The position numbers were made by a program, and so were the translations under genes. From assembly GCF_056746865.1 (NCBI RefSeq), contig NZ_JBWKMP010000003.1: a stretch of DNA of 64,000 bases. One strand, written 5' to 3'. Shown here in pieces: positions 34,235-43,595 of the stretch (positions are counted from its first letter, which is position 1; each line of letters opens with the position of its first letter). The notes beneath the pieces were generated by a model. It saw nothing but the letters and a program-made list of their open reading frames with translations, was not told the origin of the DNA and searched no databases. The stretch is from a plasmid.

Positions 34235-34248
34235 TTAATTTTCTAACA
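34235..34248 (-). promoter_or_regulatory. Operator half-site TTAATTTTCTAACA
   Basis: Immediately after the dre stop and upstream of the 34306 operon. Confidence 0.55.
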
Positions 34249-34305
34249 ACCTTTTTAGACAGTGCATTTTAATGTAAAGTACCCTCGCCTATTGCGGAGG
34301 GTACT

Positions 34306-34650
34306 TTGCACAATCGTATTACGGAATCAAAACGCTTCACTGTTGACGGTTACACCATAACCTTCACTGCGGGCGTTAAGCGCGACCAGGCGGTCGTGGT
34401 GTTCGGTGTTATGACCGGACTTGATGCCGTTCCCGTATTTACCCTCGAAAAAAACTGGCGAAATCTGGAGGAAGCTGAACGCTACGTCCGGAAAGTAACC
34501 GTCATTGCTGCTGAAAAACTCCTGGCCCACTATCAGGAAAATTATCGCGCTATGACCGAGAAAATTAACCATGTTTTCACTCGCCCCACCAGCGGCTTCA
34601 TTGCCCCTGATGCGAATGCCGGGCGCTATCCGGCAAGGGGGCGCAAATGA
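34306..34650 (+). CDS. Hypothetical protein (TTG start)
   Basis: 114 aa. SD GGAGGG lies 4 nt upstream but inside hairpin GTACCCTC..GGAGGGTAC. Confidence 0.5.
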   Translation: MHNRITESKRFTVDGYTITFTAGVKRDQAVVVFGVMTGLDAVPVFTLEKNWRNLEEAERYVRKVTVIAAEKLLAHYQENYRAMTEKINHVFTRPTSGFIAPDANAGRYPARGRK

Positions 34651-35135
34651 AAACTTACTACCCATCCCTGAACTGTTATCCAACCACTAATCCTGAGCTG
34701 TCAGGGAAACTTCTGTCCCTCCTGGCTGATAGTCCTGATGAATGGCATAAGCCTGGTGATATCAACACACAGTTCCCTGAGTACGGGTGTATCCGCACCC
34801 GAAATGAGCTGAAGAACCTCATTGCTCACGGTTTTGTCCGTCACCGTAGCGGGAAAGGCTATCAGTTGGCTATCCCACAAGGAGAGGCAAGAGAACTCTT
34901 TGGCTATCGAGAAAGCCAGACGCAAGCGCGGGTGATCGCAGAAATTATCCGTAATGGCAGCGTCTATGCCCGCAAATTCTGGCTGTCTGGCGGTGGTGAT
35001 GCATCACAGTTCTTGCGTGCTGTGCGATCGCTGGAGGAACAAGGTGTTATCGAGAATACCTGCGTCTCCGTTCCGACCGCTCCGCATATCAAACGCCGGA
35101 TTTATACATTTACCCGGAGAGCTAAAAAGCAATGA
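34647..35135 (+). CDS. Hypothetical protein, possible winged-helix
   Basis: 162 aa with an ATGA overlap. Segment ..LKNLIAHGFVRHRSGKGYQLA.. looks wHTH-like. Confidence 0.65.
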   Translation: MKTYYPSLNCYPTTNPELSGKLLSLLADSPDEWHKPGDINTQFPEYGCIRTRNELKNLIAHGFVRHRSGKGYQLAIPQGEARELFGYRESQTQARVIAEIIRNGSVYARKFWLSGGGDASQFLRAVRSLEEQGVIENTCVSVPTAPHIKRRIYTFTRRAKKQ

Positions 35136-35626
35136 TTAACGTGAAAGTGAAACGCCTTCATCCGGCGGCAAAACTCCCCGTTTACGCCACCGCCGGATCG
35201 GCGGCGATGGATTTTGTTGCTGTTGAAATAACGCCGGGTATCGATAGCAACGGCGCTATTTCCTCAAGCTGGTGGGTGCATACCGGCCTCGCTATGGCGA
35301 TCCCTCCTGGCTGGTGTCTGAAACTTTATCCTCGTTCCGGATTGGGCTGCAAAAAGCATACGCGCCTGGCTAACTGCGTAGGAATTATCGACTCCGATTA
35401 TCGCGGTGAAATCAAAGCAAAACTGATTACAGATCCCGGTGGTGAAGGCGTTTGCCTCAAGCCAGGAATGGCGGTCATGCAAGGCATTTTTGAGCGTGTT
35501 GAACCGGTATCGCTGGTAGAAGTTGATGAACTCGATGAAACAGAGCGAGGTGCTGGTGGCTTTGGTAGCACATCGGAAGACCGCATTGAAATCAAGCGTA
35601 CACCGCTTCAGTACGCAAAGTTTTAA
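35132..35626 (+). CDS. dut: dUTP diphosphatase
   Basis: dUTPase motifs AGSAAMD, RSGLG, IIDSDYRGEI and ERGAGGFGST. Confidence 0.9.
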   Translation: MINVKVKRLHPAAKLPVYATAGSAAMDFVAVEITPGIDSNGAISSSWWVHTGLAMAIPPGWCLKLYPRSGLGCKKHTRLANCVGIIDSDYRGEIKAKLITDPGGEGVCLKPGMAVMQGIFERVEPVSLVEVDELDETERGAGGFGSTSEDRIEIKRTPLQYAKF

Positions 35627-35640
35627 GTAGAGGAAAGGCT

Positions 35641-36291
35641 ATGAATAACATGCCAACGAAAGAGCTTTTTAAGTTCCTTCCCAAATACAAAGCTCACAAA
35701 AACGTTAGTGCATCGAAAATTAAAAATGTTGTTATTTTCGGAGTAACTGATGCCCCACTTTGGGGCTGCATCGAACTCGTTGAACCAAAAGGGGCAACAG
35801 TTTGTGTTGACGCAATGTTTTTACAAAAACACCGACCAAAAACTGGCGGGTATCTGATCGTTTATGAAAACGGTTATCTGTTCTATGCCCCGGAGAAACC
35901 ATTTGAGGAATGCTATGGCCTGGTTAACGACGCCTCCAAAAATGGAACCACGGTCATCATTACGGATGACAACGGCGTGATGATTAATCTTACTGGGAGC
36001 GTAACTATTTCTGCTGGTGGCATCACCACCCAGCAAGAAGAAATCGACCTTGAAGCAGCCGACTTCTCTGATGCGCTAATGTGGTTGAAGGAAGGCAAGA
36101 AAGTTGCCCGACGCGAGTGGAAAGGCGAAAAGCAATTCTGCTGGTTAGTTCTCGCTGGAAGCGTCAATTTACACGGCATTCACGTTCCTTATGGTGACCA
36201 TTTTGTATTGAAAGATGCACAAAATATGGACAGCGTTTGGTTGCCGTCTGTGGATGATTTACTGGCCTGTGACTGGTTTGTTGTGGAGTGA
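35641..36291 (+). CDS. Protein with C-terminal DUF2829 (Tad2-like) domain
   Basis: 216 aa. The C-terminus FSDALMWLKEGKKVARREWKG..VWLPSVDDLLACDWFVVE is the clearest DUF2829 pattern in the window. Confidence 0.75.
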   Translation: MNNMPTKELFKFLPKYKAHKNVSASKIKNVVIFGVTDAPLWGCIELVEPKGATVCVDAMFLQKHRPKTGGYLIVYENGYLFYAPEKPFEECYGLVNDASKNGTTVIITDDNGVMINLTGSVTISAGGITTQQEEIDLEAADFSDALMWLKEGKKVARREWKGEKQFCWLVLAGSVNLHGIHVPYGDHFVLKDAQNMDSVWLPSVDDLLACDWFVVE

Positions 36292-36297
36292 TTTAAC

Positions 36298-37104
36298 GTG
36301 GAAAATACCAAGAACATTCAATATCGCTTGCGTAACGGCCTGCTGGTGGATGTAAACGATGATATGTCCCTGCCCTTTGCCACCATTGAGCGAACCATCC
36401 TTACATACCTGGGCTTAGACGAAGAGTTAGATAGTGAGAATGGCATTGCTATCTGGCGTGACGGAAAAACGGGAGTCAGACGTTTTATTACGGCAAGAGG
36501 CATTCAGTGCACACAGGAAGAATTGTTTGAACTGGCGCAGTCTTATGGATGCATCGCGTTAGATCCCCTGTATGACCCAGCCATAGCACAACAACTCATT
36601 CGAGAGCTGTCGCTTTCGGTCACGCCAATAATCTTCCGCCAGGGAACCTTAACCGGCACATGGCGTGTAGAACGCATCTCTAAATATCAGCCATATAATA
36701 TCCATTTGAACGGCACTATTACTGGTGTGGATCAACCAGTAGCAGGTGAAAACAAAGACCTGGAACTTGCAGTAATGATGGCAGCTTGTCGCGTGCTTGG
36801 CCTGGGCAAGCAGATGTTTATCCATTTCCCAAACGGCGCGGAAGGCGAAGTAGAGCTGATTTCCTGCGACTTTTCCTTAACCTGGATGCTTGATGAATTC
36901 CTGGACAAAACAGTATTCCGTGCTGAAGAACTGGATATGTATGTCACCTCAAGTATTCCTAATGACGTGAAAGTTGAGGCCATCGCTACAGCCAGGGCGA
37001 AATGCCGTGCGGCGATTGCAGAACAGGCCAAAGAAGAACAGTCCGATGAAGTCGCGGCAGATGTGGAGGCAGAGGTAGCGGAGGATGCTGATGCTGACGC
37101 CTAA
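36298..37104 (+). CDS. Hypothetical protein with acidic C-terminal tail
   Basis: GTG start, 268 aa. Tail EEQSDEVAADVEAEVAEDADADA. Overlaps the terminase-like paralogue in the way pacA overlaps pacB. Confidence 0.65.
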   Translation: MENTKNIQYRLRNGLLVDVNDDMSLPFATIERTILTYLGLDEELDSENGIAIWRDGKTGVRRFITARGIQCTQEELFELAQSYGCIALDPLYDPAIAQQLIRELSLSVTPIIFRQGTLTGTWRVERISKYQPYNIHLNGTITGVDQPVAGENKDLELAVMMAACRVLGLGKQMFIHFPNGAEGEVELISCDFSLTWMLDEFLDKTVFRAEELDMYVTSSIPNDVKVEAIATARAKCRAAIAEQAKEEQSDEVAADVEAEVAEDADADA

Positions 37105-38191
37105 AAACATCACCGAATTACCAGAGTGGAGAGAGCTGGTAAGCAAATATAGCCATGACTGGGCATTAGCAGCAGAAGAGTTGATGGGTGTTAAGTTAAC
37201 CCACCAGCAAAAGCTAATTGTTGAGGCGATTCAACAAAAAGGTTCAGCAGTCAGCGTCACCACTCCTGAAGGGATAGGCCAAAAGACGGTTATCGCTATA
37301 ATTAGTATTCTTTATACAATCCTGATGCCTGAGTCTAAAACGGTTATTGTTTCCCCAAAGTTCTATAATTGTCGCAGGCAAGTTATCCAATACATAAGTA
37401 CGTATTGGGATAGAGTCAGTAACAGAATCCCATTGCTGGGAGAATATTTTAAAGTCGACGGAAACGGCATCAATCATCGTTACCGGGAATATTGGGGCTG
37501 CGAAATTAAGCCATATCACCGAAATTATGAGGAAGGTTTCGGTGGATATTATGCTGAACATCTTTTAATCATTGTTACGGAGGCGGCTCTTGCTGGCGAT
37601 CGGCTATTCAGCATGTTAAGAGCATCGTTAGTAAGTGACGATTCACGTATACTTTTAATGTCCGCTCCTTCAGAGGAGGAGCATGGACACTTTTACGATT
37701 CCCATCATGGTCGTGCAAAATCAGAAGAAAATCCATGTGGTATTTATACAGCCATCAAGCTGAACGCAGAAGATACCCCCATTATTTCACAAGGTTATCT
37801 TGATAACATTGCAGAAATATATGGTGGTAAAAACAGCGATTACTACCGTCGCATGATTCTTGGTGAGTTTCCAGGTATTAGGGAGGCTGTTCTTGAATCA
37901 GATATGCCGAAAACAATGCGCTTTTCGATGCCTGATGGTAGTGAATGGATAATGCCATTACGAGTGATAGCCCGGCATCATGCACAGCACCACGCCAAAA
38001 AACATGGCGTTACAACATTGGAGTGGTTGAAATCGCACACCATTCCACTCTTCACTGCAGATCACAATGCTATCGTTGAGTGGGCAAAAACAATTCCGTG
38101 GGAGAATGTCGCTGAATACGCCCACATGCTAAAACCGCCGAAAGACAGGCAAGAAATTAGCTGGCTGACAGCAGAAAAAATCATTGAGTGA
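37091..38191 (+). CDS. Terminase-large-subunit ATPase-domain paralogue with degenerate Walker motifs
   Basis: Collinear with the PacB N-terminal half (HQQKLI, AEHLLII, RILLMSAP, GHFYDSHHGRAKSEENP, YTAIKLNAEDTP, YGGKNS, GEFPG). Walker A is PEGIGQKT and Walker B is IIVTEAAL, and the C-terminus is unrelated. Confidence 0.75.
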   Translation: MLTPKNITELPEWRELVSKYSHDWALAAEELMGVKLTHQQKLIVEAIQQKGSAVSVTTPEGIGQKTVIAIISILYTILMPESKTVIVSPKFYNCRRQVIQYISTYWDRVSNRIPLLGEYFKVDGNGINHRYREYWGCEIKPYHRNYEEGFGGYYAEHLLIIVTEAALAGDRLFSMLRASLVSDDSRILLMSAPSEEEHGHFYDSHHGRAKSEENPCGIYTAIKLNAEDTPIISQGYLDNIAEIYGGKNSDYYRRMILGEFPGIREAVLESDMPKTMRFSMPDGSEWIMPLRVIARHHAQHHAKKHGVTTLEWLKSHTIPLFTADHNAIVEWAKTIPWENVAEYAHMLKPPKDRQEISWLTAEKIIE

Positions 38192-38197
38192 TAGTAG

Positions 38198-38228
38198 GAA
38201 GCCCGCCTGGTTGAGCGGGCTTCTTTTC
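38198..38228. terminator. Bidirectional terminator between convergent operons
   Basis: GAAGCCCGC..GCGGGCTTC with T-runs on both sides. Confidence 0.7.
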
Positions 38229-38607
38229 AAATATTGGAACCATATAGTTCACGTAGTTTATCCGCTACTGAAGATACGGGGATTTCACCAGTTGCAGCCC
38301 CCACCGCAAGTTCCACCAGCACGGGAGAATCATATACCTGTATACCGTTACGGCGTAGAAATAGCAGCGCACTGTTTAGCGCGGTACGCTTATTGGCATC
38401 ATTGAATATATGCCCTCTCGCTGTAGCCACCAGGTAGGTGGCGGAGACTTCGAAAAGGTCGGTGATCTCTTCGTAGGCAACTCTGGCCTGAACTCTCCCG
38501 ATAATGGCCTCTGCCCTGCCCGGATCTGACATGCCAGGCAGGCCGCCGTAGCGGCTTATATTCGCATCATGAAGCGCAATAAGTTCTTCCGGTGATATAT
38601 GCCTCAT
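38227..38607 (-). CDS. doc: Doc toxin (Fic-fold kinase)
   Basis: 126 aa with Fic motif HIFNDANKR. Matches my recollection of P1 Doc. Overlaps the phd stop. Confidence 0.95.
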
Positions 38608-38828
38608 TATCGGTTAACCAGTTCCTTGTTGGTGGAGTCCAGGGTGTCAAACAGGGATGCAAATTCAGCATCCAGCGCCGCTTTTTTGTAGGCTTCGAAA
38701 GTAGCCTTGCTGACAATTACTGCTGGCTCACGGCCTCTGCGGGTGATTTCAACCTCTTCCCCGGCTTCAACATTGTTGAGCACTTCAGAAAGGTTGCCAC
38801 GCGCGGTACGGAAGTTAATGGATTGCAT
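38607..38828 (-). CDS. phd: Phd antitoxin
   Basis: [49 protein letters not shown].. equals P1 Phd (73 aa) as I remember it. The palindrome GTGTACAC lies upstream. Confidence 0.95.
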
Positions 38829-38900
38829 AAACACCTCGTGTACTCGTTATGTGTACACAATTATAAACTTCACAGGCATAAAGCACCAGCACTTTGCAGC

Positions 38901-39290
38901 TTAAATAACCGGACAATCATCAAATTCCCCACTTCGGGCATCATTGATGACATGAGTGATCACACCAAAAACAGCATTACTGCCCGTGTATCCATCGTCA
39001 TCTACTGGTAACGCCTCTTTCTTCCCGGTGCTTAAGTCCTCCAGGTGCTGGCGCGGATACTTCCTGTATCTCTTTATGCGATATTCACCCTCCATAGCGC
39101 ACACAAGCAGAGAACCATCAACCGGAGTAAGCGAGGAATCAACCACCAGCAAAGCACCCTGCAATATTCCCTCACGGTGATGGCTATCAGCTGCCCGCAT
39201 GAAGTAGGTCGCTGAAGGATGTCTAATTATCTGCTGATCAAGAGAAATTCGGCTTTCAACATAATCCGCCGCAGGAGAAGGGAAGCCCAT
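38901..39290 (-). CDS. humD: UmuD'-like protein HumD
   Basis: 129 aa S24 peptidase-fold C-terminal domain without the N-terminal cleavage segment, as P1 HumD. A LexA box lies upstream. Confidence 0.85.
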   Translation of the reverse strand: MGFPSPAADYVESRISLDQQIIRHPSATYFMRAADSHHREGILQGALLVVDSSLTPVDGSLLVCAMEGEYRIKRYRKYPRQHLEDLSTGKKEALPVDDDGYTGSNAVFGVITHVINDARSGEFDDCPVI

Positions 39291-39308
39291 AGCGTTTTAC
39301 CTCAATGA

Positions 39309-39328
39309 TACTGTTTATTCATACAGTA
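39309..39328. promoter_or_regulatory. LexA (SOS) box TACTGTTTATTCATACAGTA
   Basis: Perfect CTGT-N8-ACAG palindrome 19 nt upstream of humD. Confidence 0.85.
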
Positions 39329-39413
39329 TACATTGAAAAGGCATAGTTTGTGAAAGCGGGGTTTGTAGGCGCGCCACGCTGGGGGCTAATCACATTTCTC
39401 CCCCATCTTGCCG

Positions 39414-39665
39414 TTATTTTTTTGGTGCATCCTCGTTCTGATACACCGGATCGCTCCCTTTTGGCAACTGGAGGCTTAACTGCCGATAGTGCCGTAACCG
39501 TTCCATGAAATAGGTGCGCAGATTCTCTGGTTGCTCGCGGGCTACCTGTTCAGCTATGACAGGTATGTTCAATCGCTCTTTGTACGCCACACCGCTGGCA
39601 GCCAGATCAACGTTAACCTTATCCCGTTCTTCCTGACTTTTAGCTGCAATATTCCAGTCGCTCAT
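39414..39665 (-). CDS. hot: Hot, homologue of DNA polymerase III theta subunit
   Basis: ..[43 protein letters not shown].. parallels E. coli HolE ..[43 protein letters not shown]... Confidence 0.9.
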   Translation of the reverse strand: MSDWNIAAKSQEERDKVNVDLAASGVAYKERLNIPVIAEQVAREQPENLRTYFMERLRHYRQLSLQLPKGSDPVYQNEDAPKK

Positions 39666-39667
39666 AT

Positions 39668-39940
39668 TTAAGGCTCACATTTCCAGATGGTATTCTGAAC
39701 ACCCGAACCGGGCGCAAGATTAGGGTTGGCGTTCGCGCTATGCTGATATACTGCTTTAGACTTCCCATATTGCTGACAGGCTTTATCTGCGGTTTTTTGC
39801 AGGCTATCCAGGCCATACCAACCATCTGACTGTATGCTTACCTTTTCACCGTCGTTGTATTGCACCATTGCACACCCAGATATAGCCAGTATCGCACCGA
39901 CAATAACGCTTTTCCATAAAACTCTATGCAACATATACAA
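39668..39940 (-). CDS. Lipoprotein
   Basis: Signal peptide with lipobox LAISGC. Confidence 0.75.
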   Translation of the reverse strand: MYMLHRVLWKSVIVGAILAISGCAMVQYNDGEKVSIQSDGWYGLDSLQKTADKACQQYGKSKAVYQHSANANPNLAPGSGVQNTIWKCEP

Positions 39941-39979
39941 AAATCCCCTCTGTGAATTGAGGGGATTTTAGCATGGTGA

Positions 39980-40615
39980 TCAGATATCGGCCTTATTCGG
40001 AATTTTATCAGCCACCAGCGGCAATAAAGCCTTCGCCATTTCATGAACCAACATGGCATCAATGACGCCTAGCGTATGGCCCGGTTTAATGTTTAATGCC
40101 GCCTCAAGATGACTCCTTTCCAGGCCGCTTTTCTCGGCTTGTTTATGACGATCTGGTGTAATAACTTCGCCCAAAACGCGGCTAATTTTTTCTCGTAATT
40201 GCTGGGTGCCAGCACACTTGATCGCTGTATCGTGGAGACGGTTAACCAGTTCGCGATAAACATGCGGCTTAATGCGGATACGTTCACCGGTGACGCCCTT
40301 TCCTGGCGCTGGCACCGAACTATCCGGATAGTTGCCAGCCTCGTAAGCTACCCGCAGCCAGTGCATGAATGTTTCAGTGGACACACAACCACAGTCCACA
40401 TCGATTTTTCCGCGTTGCTGTTCCAGCCACTGCTCAAAATTCAATCTACACGTATTACTTTCATGTTGCTCTTTTTGTCTCAAGGCCAGCATCTGCTGGG
40501 CTATTTCCAATACTTCATCTGCCGTATATCCAGCACCGTGACCATACATTTCGATACGGGAAATAATCTCTGATATACGCTCTTCAGTGATTCTGGTCAT
40601 TTCTTTTTGCGCCAT
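39980..40615 (-). CDS. Hypothetical protein sharing a ~35-aa module with 52539-53150
   Basis: PHVYRELVNRLHDTAIKCAGTQQLREKI versus PHIYRELVNALRDIAAVYHGTEQLRERL. The start could be 40600. Confidence 0.7.
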   Translation of the reverse strand: MAQKEMTRITEERISEIISRIEMYGHGAGYTADEVLEIAQQMLALRQKEQHESNTCRLNFEQWLEQQRGKIDVDCGCVSTETFMHWLRVAYEAGNYPDSSVPAPGKGVTGERIRIKPHVYRELVNRLHDTAIKCAGTQQLREKISRVLGEVITPDRHKQAEKSGLERSHLEAALNIKPGHTLGVIDAMLVHEMAKALLPLVADKIPNKADI

Positions 40616-40968
40616 TTCTTTTCACATTCCTTAGTCCATTTTTCAATGTTCATTTTGGCAATATCAGTCATTCCATCACCTAAGAAATACTTTTTCCGGT
40701 ATGTCTTGCACTTAAACCACACTACAACAGCCACCAGCCAGAAAATAAAAGGCCATACAGCAATACCAACGACAGCCGCGATAAAGCCCAATAGCCATAA
40801 ATGAAGCTCTCCAACTTCTGTTTCCGGCAATATTCTTAAAGAATTAAACAGCAGGCTGAACGAATGGTCGTATGCATTGGCGGTATAAGACATGCAATCC
40901 ATATAATTAAAGTCATAGCCTGCGGCTGCCGCCCATAATGGGCGGTCAAGAAAATGTTTTAGTGTCAT
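40597..40968 (-). CDS. Membrane protein
   Basis: 123 aa with two strong TM helices (LWLLGFIAAVVGIAVWPFIFWLVAVVVWF). Confidence 0.7.
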   Translation of the reverse strand: MTLKHFLDRPLWAAAAGYDFNYMDCMSYTANAYDHSFSLLFNSLRILPETEVGELHLWLLGFIAAVVGIAVWPFIFWLVAVVVWFKCKTYRKKYFLGDGMTDIAKMNIEKWTKECEKKWRKKK

Positions 40969-40977
40969 TATATAAAT

Positions 40978-41271
40978 TTAAGGTTCAGACCAGTTATCTT
41001 CAATAGCAATGCTTAATCTTTGTAGCCATTCTGCTAATTTCAGCATTGCTTCTCTTTCGCTTAAACCACGAGGAAAATCATCAAGCGAAATTGTTGGCTT
41101 GAATCCCCCGCAATTATCCATTTCAACTGTCAGATTTTGTTCCAGCACGGTATTTCTTACGCGGCTATTGTGCCGAAGCAAATATACTGAGCGTGATTTA
41201 TTGGTTTTGTGGTCTAGCTTATATTCGGTAAGTATCATCTGGCTTTTGCCATGATTATTACCTCTCCACAT
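40978..41271 (-). CDS. Hypothetical protein
   Basis: ATG at 41271 with SD GTGAGG, 97 aa. The longer track ORF start lacks an SD. Confidence 0.6.
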   Translation of the reverse strand: MWRGNNHGKSQMILTEYKLDHKTNKSRSVYLLRHNSRVRNTVLEQNLTVEMDNCGGFKPTISLDDFPRGLSEREAMLKLAEWLQRLSIAIEDNWSEP

Positions 41272-41449
41272 ACTTACCTCACTTAATAAAACAACTCCAT
41301 GCGTAGTTGATGATTTTTTCCCACGTAATATAAATCTGCACTCCGGCAGTAAAACCAAAGCCAACAATTGCTGAAAAAATCAAAACATTTACTTTTGACA
41401 TTATAAATTTTCTCTCGGTGTCGTAGGTGATAGCACCATAATTGATAAT

Positions 41450-41683
41450 TTAGTGAGTTAGCAGTTCCATTTTTTTGATGATTTCCGCATGAGCATCATC
41501 GTTATCAACACTTAGCTCGTTTAATGCTTCTCGCACTACATCAACTTCTTCAGGCTGAAAGAAGTCGTCGCGGTAATCACCAAATAGAACCGAAACCAGC
41601 CTGCCACCAGCAACATCAAGATTGGCGCTAACAGGTGGCTCTTTGCCATCCTCAAATTCGACTACAAAAGTTAATTTTCCCAT
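41450..41683 (-). CDS. Hypothetical acidic protein
   Basis: 77 aa compact ORF in the operon. Confidence 0.65.
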   Translation of the reverse strand: MGKLTFVVEFEDGKEPPVSANLDVAGGRLVSVLFGDYRDDFFQPEEVDVVREALNELSVDNDDAHAEIIKKMELLTH

Positions 41684-41759
41684 CGTTACCCCCAGAAGAT
41701 AAAAATAGCGGCAATCGCCATAGCTACGCCTACAATCGCAAATGCTTCAGGCCAGCTTA

Positions 41760-42020
41760 TTACCTCACCTCCAGTCTCCATACCGCCTGACCAATCCGGC
41801 TGGCATGGGTATCTTTGGATACTGTTCCATCTTTAGCCAGCTCCATAAGAATTTTGCGCAAATCTGCCGAACGCCATTCTTCATCAGGAAATTCCTTCTC
41901 CATTGCCAACCGCAGATTCCAGGTTGCTATCGTGAATGGATATTCCCCGCCGAGAGCTTTCTCTTGCAGGGCAGCACGGGAACGTATCACCTGCAAAACC
42001 TTCTCTTTTACATCCATCAT
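41760..42020 (-). CDS. Hypothetical protein
   Basis: ATGA overlap with the upstream stop and SD GGAGG. 86 aa. Confidence 0.65.
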   Translation of the reverse strand: MMDVKEKVLQVIRSRAALQEKALGGEYPFTIATWNLRLAMEKEFPDEEWRSADLRKILMELAKDGTVSKDTHASRIGQAVWRLEVR

Positions 42021-42715
42021 TTTGCCTCCTGCGGCGGTTCTGGTAGCGGCATCCAGTGTGATGGTATCCACGACGCACCAGGTATTACCCACCCATCATT
42101 AGCGTCAGGATGCCCCGGGATGTAAGTCGCCCATTTCATTCGCCAGTCACCTTTCCTGTCAAACTCCCTGGCAACAAGAACGGCTGTTTTGGTATCCGGC
42201 ATTCGCTCACTACAGCTTATCCAACTATCCGGAATTACCGGATAGTTGCCCGACAGCTTGTTCAACTTGTAAGTCTGGCTTACAGGTTTGGCACCATGAA
42301 GCATGGCGTCGCTCCGCTCTATGCCATCCAGCGCGATTCGCAGTGCCTGAATTGTGGTAGAGCTATCGTTTGGGGCTATTCCATATCGCTCGAATACAGC
42401 TAAATGGTTGCGCATAATCTCAGGCGTAAGCTCTTTGTAAGCATAAGCAAGAGACTCTGATGCATTATCCGGCACAACCGACGCAAGCGCGGCAGCATAA
42501 ACAGGAATAACGTCCACTTGCTCTTTATTGCTTTCATCCGTTAAAGCCCAGAATAATTTCCCGGCCGGATGTTTGAAAATATAAGCAATTGGTTCTGCTT
42601 CCAGCGATGCCAGAGCAATTTCATACGACCGTCGCTCAATATTGTCTCGCACGTCCAGGCTGCTGATACGCTCTTTGATTTCTTTAATCAGTTCTTTGTC
42701 GGTTAAAGTGGTCAT
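42017..42715 (-). CDS. DUF551-domain protein
   Basis: The C-terminus WISCSERMPD..VLVA....WIPSHWMPLPEPP is the DUF551 pattern. Confidence 0.8.
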   Translation of the reverse strand: MTTLTDKELIKEIKERISSLDVRDNIERRSYEIALASLEAEPIAYIFKHPAGKLFWALTDESNKEQVDVIPVYAAALASVVPDNASESLAYAYKELTPEIMRNHLAVFERYGIAPNDSSTTIQALRIALDGIERSDAMLHGAKPVSQTYKLNKLSGNYPVIPDSWISCSERMPDTKTAVLVAREFDRKGDWRMKWATYIPGHPDANDGWVIPGASWIPSHWMPLPEPPQEAK

Positions 42716-42725
42716 AAATTATGCC

Positions 42726-42962
42726 TCAGTTGTATCCGATTGGATTAACCGCAACAAGAACGCCATCCGCGAACAAATCTTTAATGAGGTGTTCGCTCGG
42801 CTCGCCTTTTTCGTACTCTTCAATAAGGTAAGTGTCTCCATCTTCATTGATATAAACAGGAAGGATGGAGCCGTTGATAAAGTAGGTTCCGTTGTTATCG
42901 AGGATTTTTGCCTCGGCGATTTGTTTTTTGGTAAAACGCTCTTCTTTTGTCAAAGTTGCCAT
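42726..42962 (-). CDS. Hypothetical protein
   Basis: ATG at 42962 with SD AAGGAAAG, 78 aa. Confidence 0.6.
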   Translation of the reverse strand: MATLTKEERFTKKQIAEAKILDNNGTYFINGSILPVYINEDGDTYLIEEYEKGEPSEHLIKDLFADGVLVAVNPIGYN

Positions 42963-42963
42963 A

Positions 42964-43182
42964 TCAGCTTTCCTTATATGGGTTGATTTTGTTGTGCAAT
43001 GTGTTGAACGACGCCCATACCACGTCGTTATACAATTCAATAACTGGCTCAATTATTTTCCCGATTCCCCATACCAGAATTAACGGGGATATCGGTATCA
43101 TCAACACGATAAACAGAATGAGAAACAGAAATTCTGTTATTCGGCTTCTTTGCGGATATTCTTTTCTGAATAATGTTGGCAC
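42964..43182 (-). CDS. Small membrane protein (GTG start)
   Basis: 72 aa. TM region FLFLILFIVLMIPISPLILVWGIG. The start is coupled to the upstream stop behind GGAGAG. Confidence 0.55.
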   Translation of the reverse strand: MPTLFRKEYPQRSRITEFLFLILFIVLMIPISPLILVWGIGKIIEPVIELYNDVVWASFNTLHNKINPYKES

Positions 43183-43183
43183 A

Positions 43184-43405
43184 TCACTCTCCTTTGCCCG
43201 CAGCTTTCGCCTGCTCTTTAGCAAGTCGCTCCGCTTCTCTGAAATCCCAATCCACTCGATGTGCGATATCAATTGCAGAACGCACGGTTCGTTCAATTAG
43301 CGTATCCAGGTTATCAATTGTCATTGCCATATCTGGATTTCGAGATAAAATCTCCGCCCTCTGAATCTGCCAGTTGTTACAGGTTTCAAGTAATGAGTTA
43401 GCCAT
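43184..43405 (-). CDS. Hypothetical protein
   Basis: ATG at 43405 with SD GGAGAG, 73 aa, ends ..AAGKGE. Confidence 0.6.
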   Translation of the reverse strand: MANSLLETCNNWQIQRAEILSRNPDMAMTIDNLDTLIERTVRSAIDIAHRVDWDFREAERLAKEQAKAAGKGE

Positions 43406-43406
43406 A

Positions 43407-43595
43407 TCACTCTCCTTTAGTGCGCAAGTGGTTTTTCCAGCGGTTTTGCGCCGCGCTGGGCTTTTTGCAAAAACCACAATCCATCATCCCGTAATATTTC
43501 ATCAACCCCATCCGTCGGTTGCTGAGTCTCACCCACTGCCAGACGCCAGGAGCGTTTCTACGAACTAACAGAATCTTTGCTTTACGGTTTTTCAT
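43407..43595 (-). CDS. Small basic protein, MKNRKAK family
   Basis: 62 aa with an ATGA overlap upstream. Contains a CGFC motif. Confidence 0.55.
   Translation of the reverse strand: MKNRKAKILLVRRNAPGVWQWVRLSNRRMGLMKYYGMMDCGFCKKPSAAQNRWKNHLRTKGE

Noticed and set aside
41742-42125. + strand ORFs within the leftward gene block (e.g. 41742-42125, 44697-45161, 45277-45738, 48878-49468)
   Set aside because: All are antisense to tightly coupled minus-strand genes with SDs and recognisable domains.
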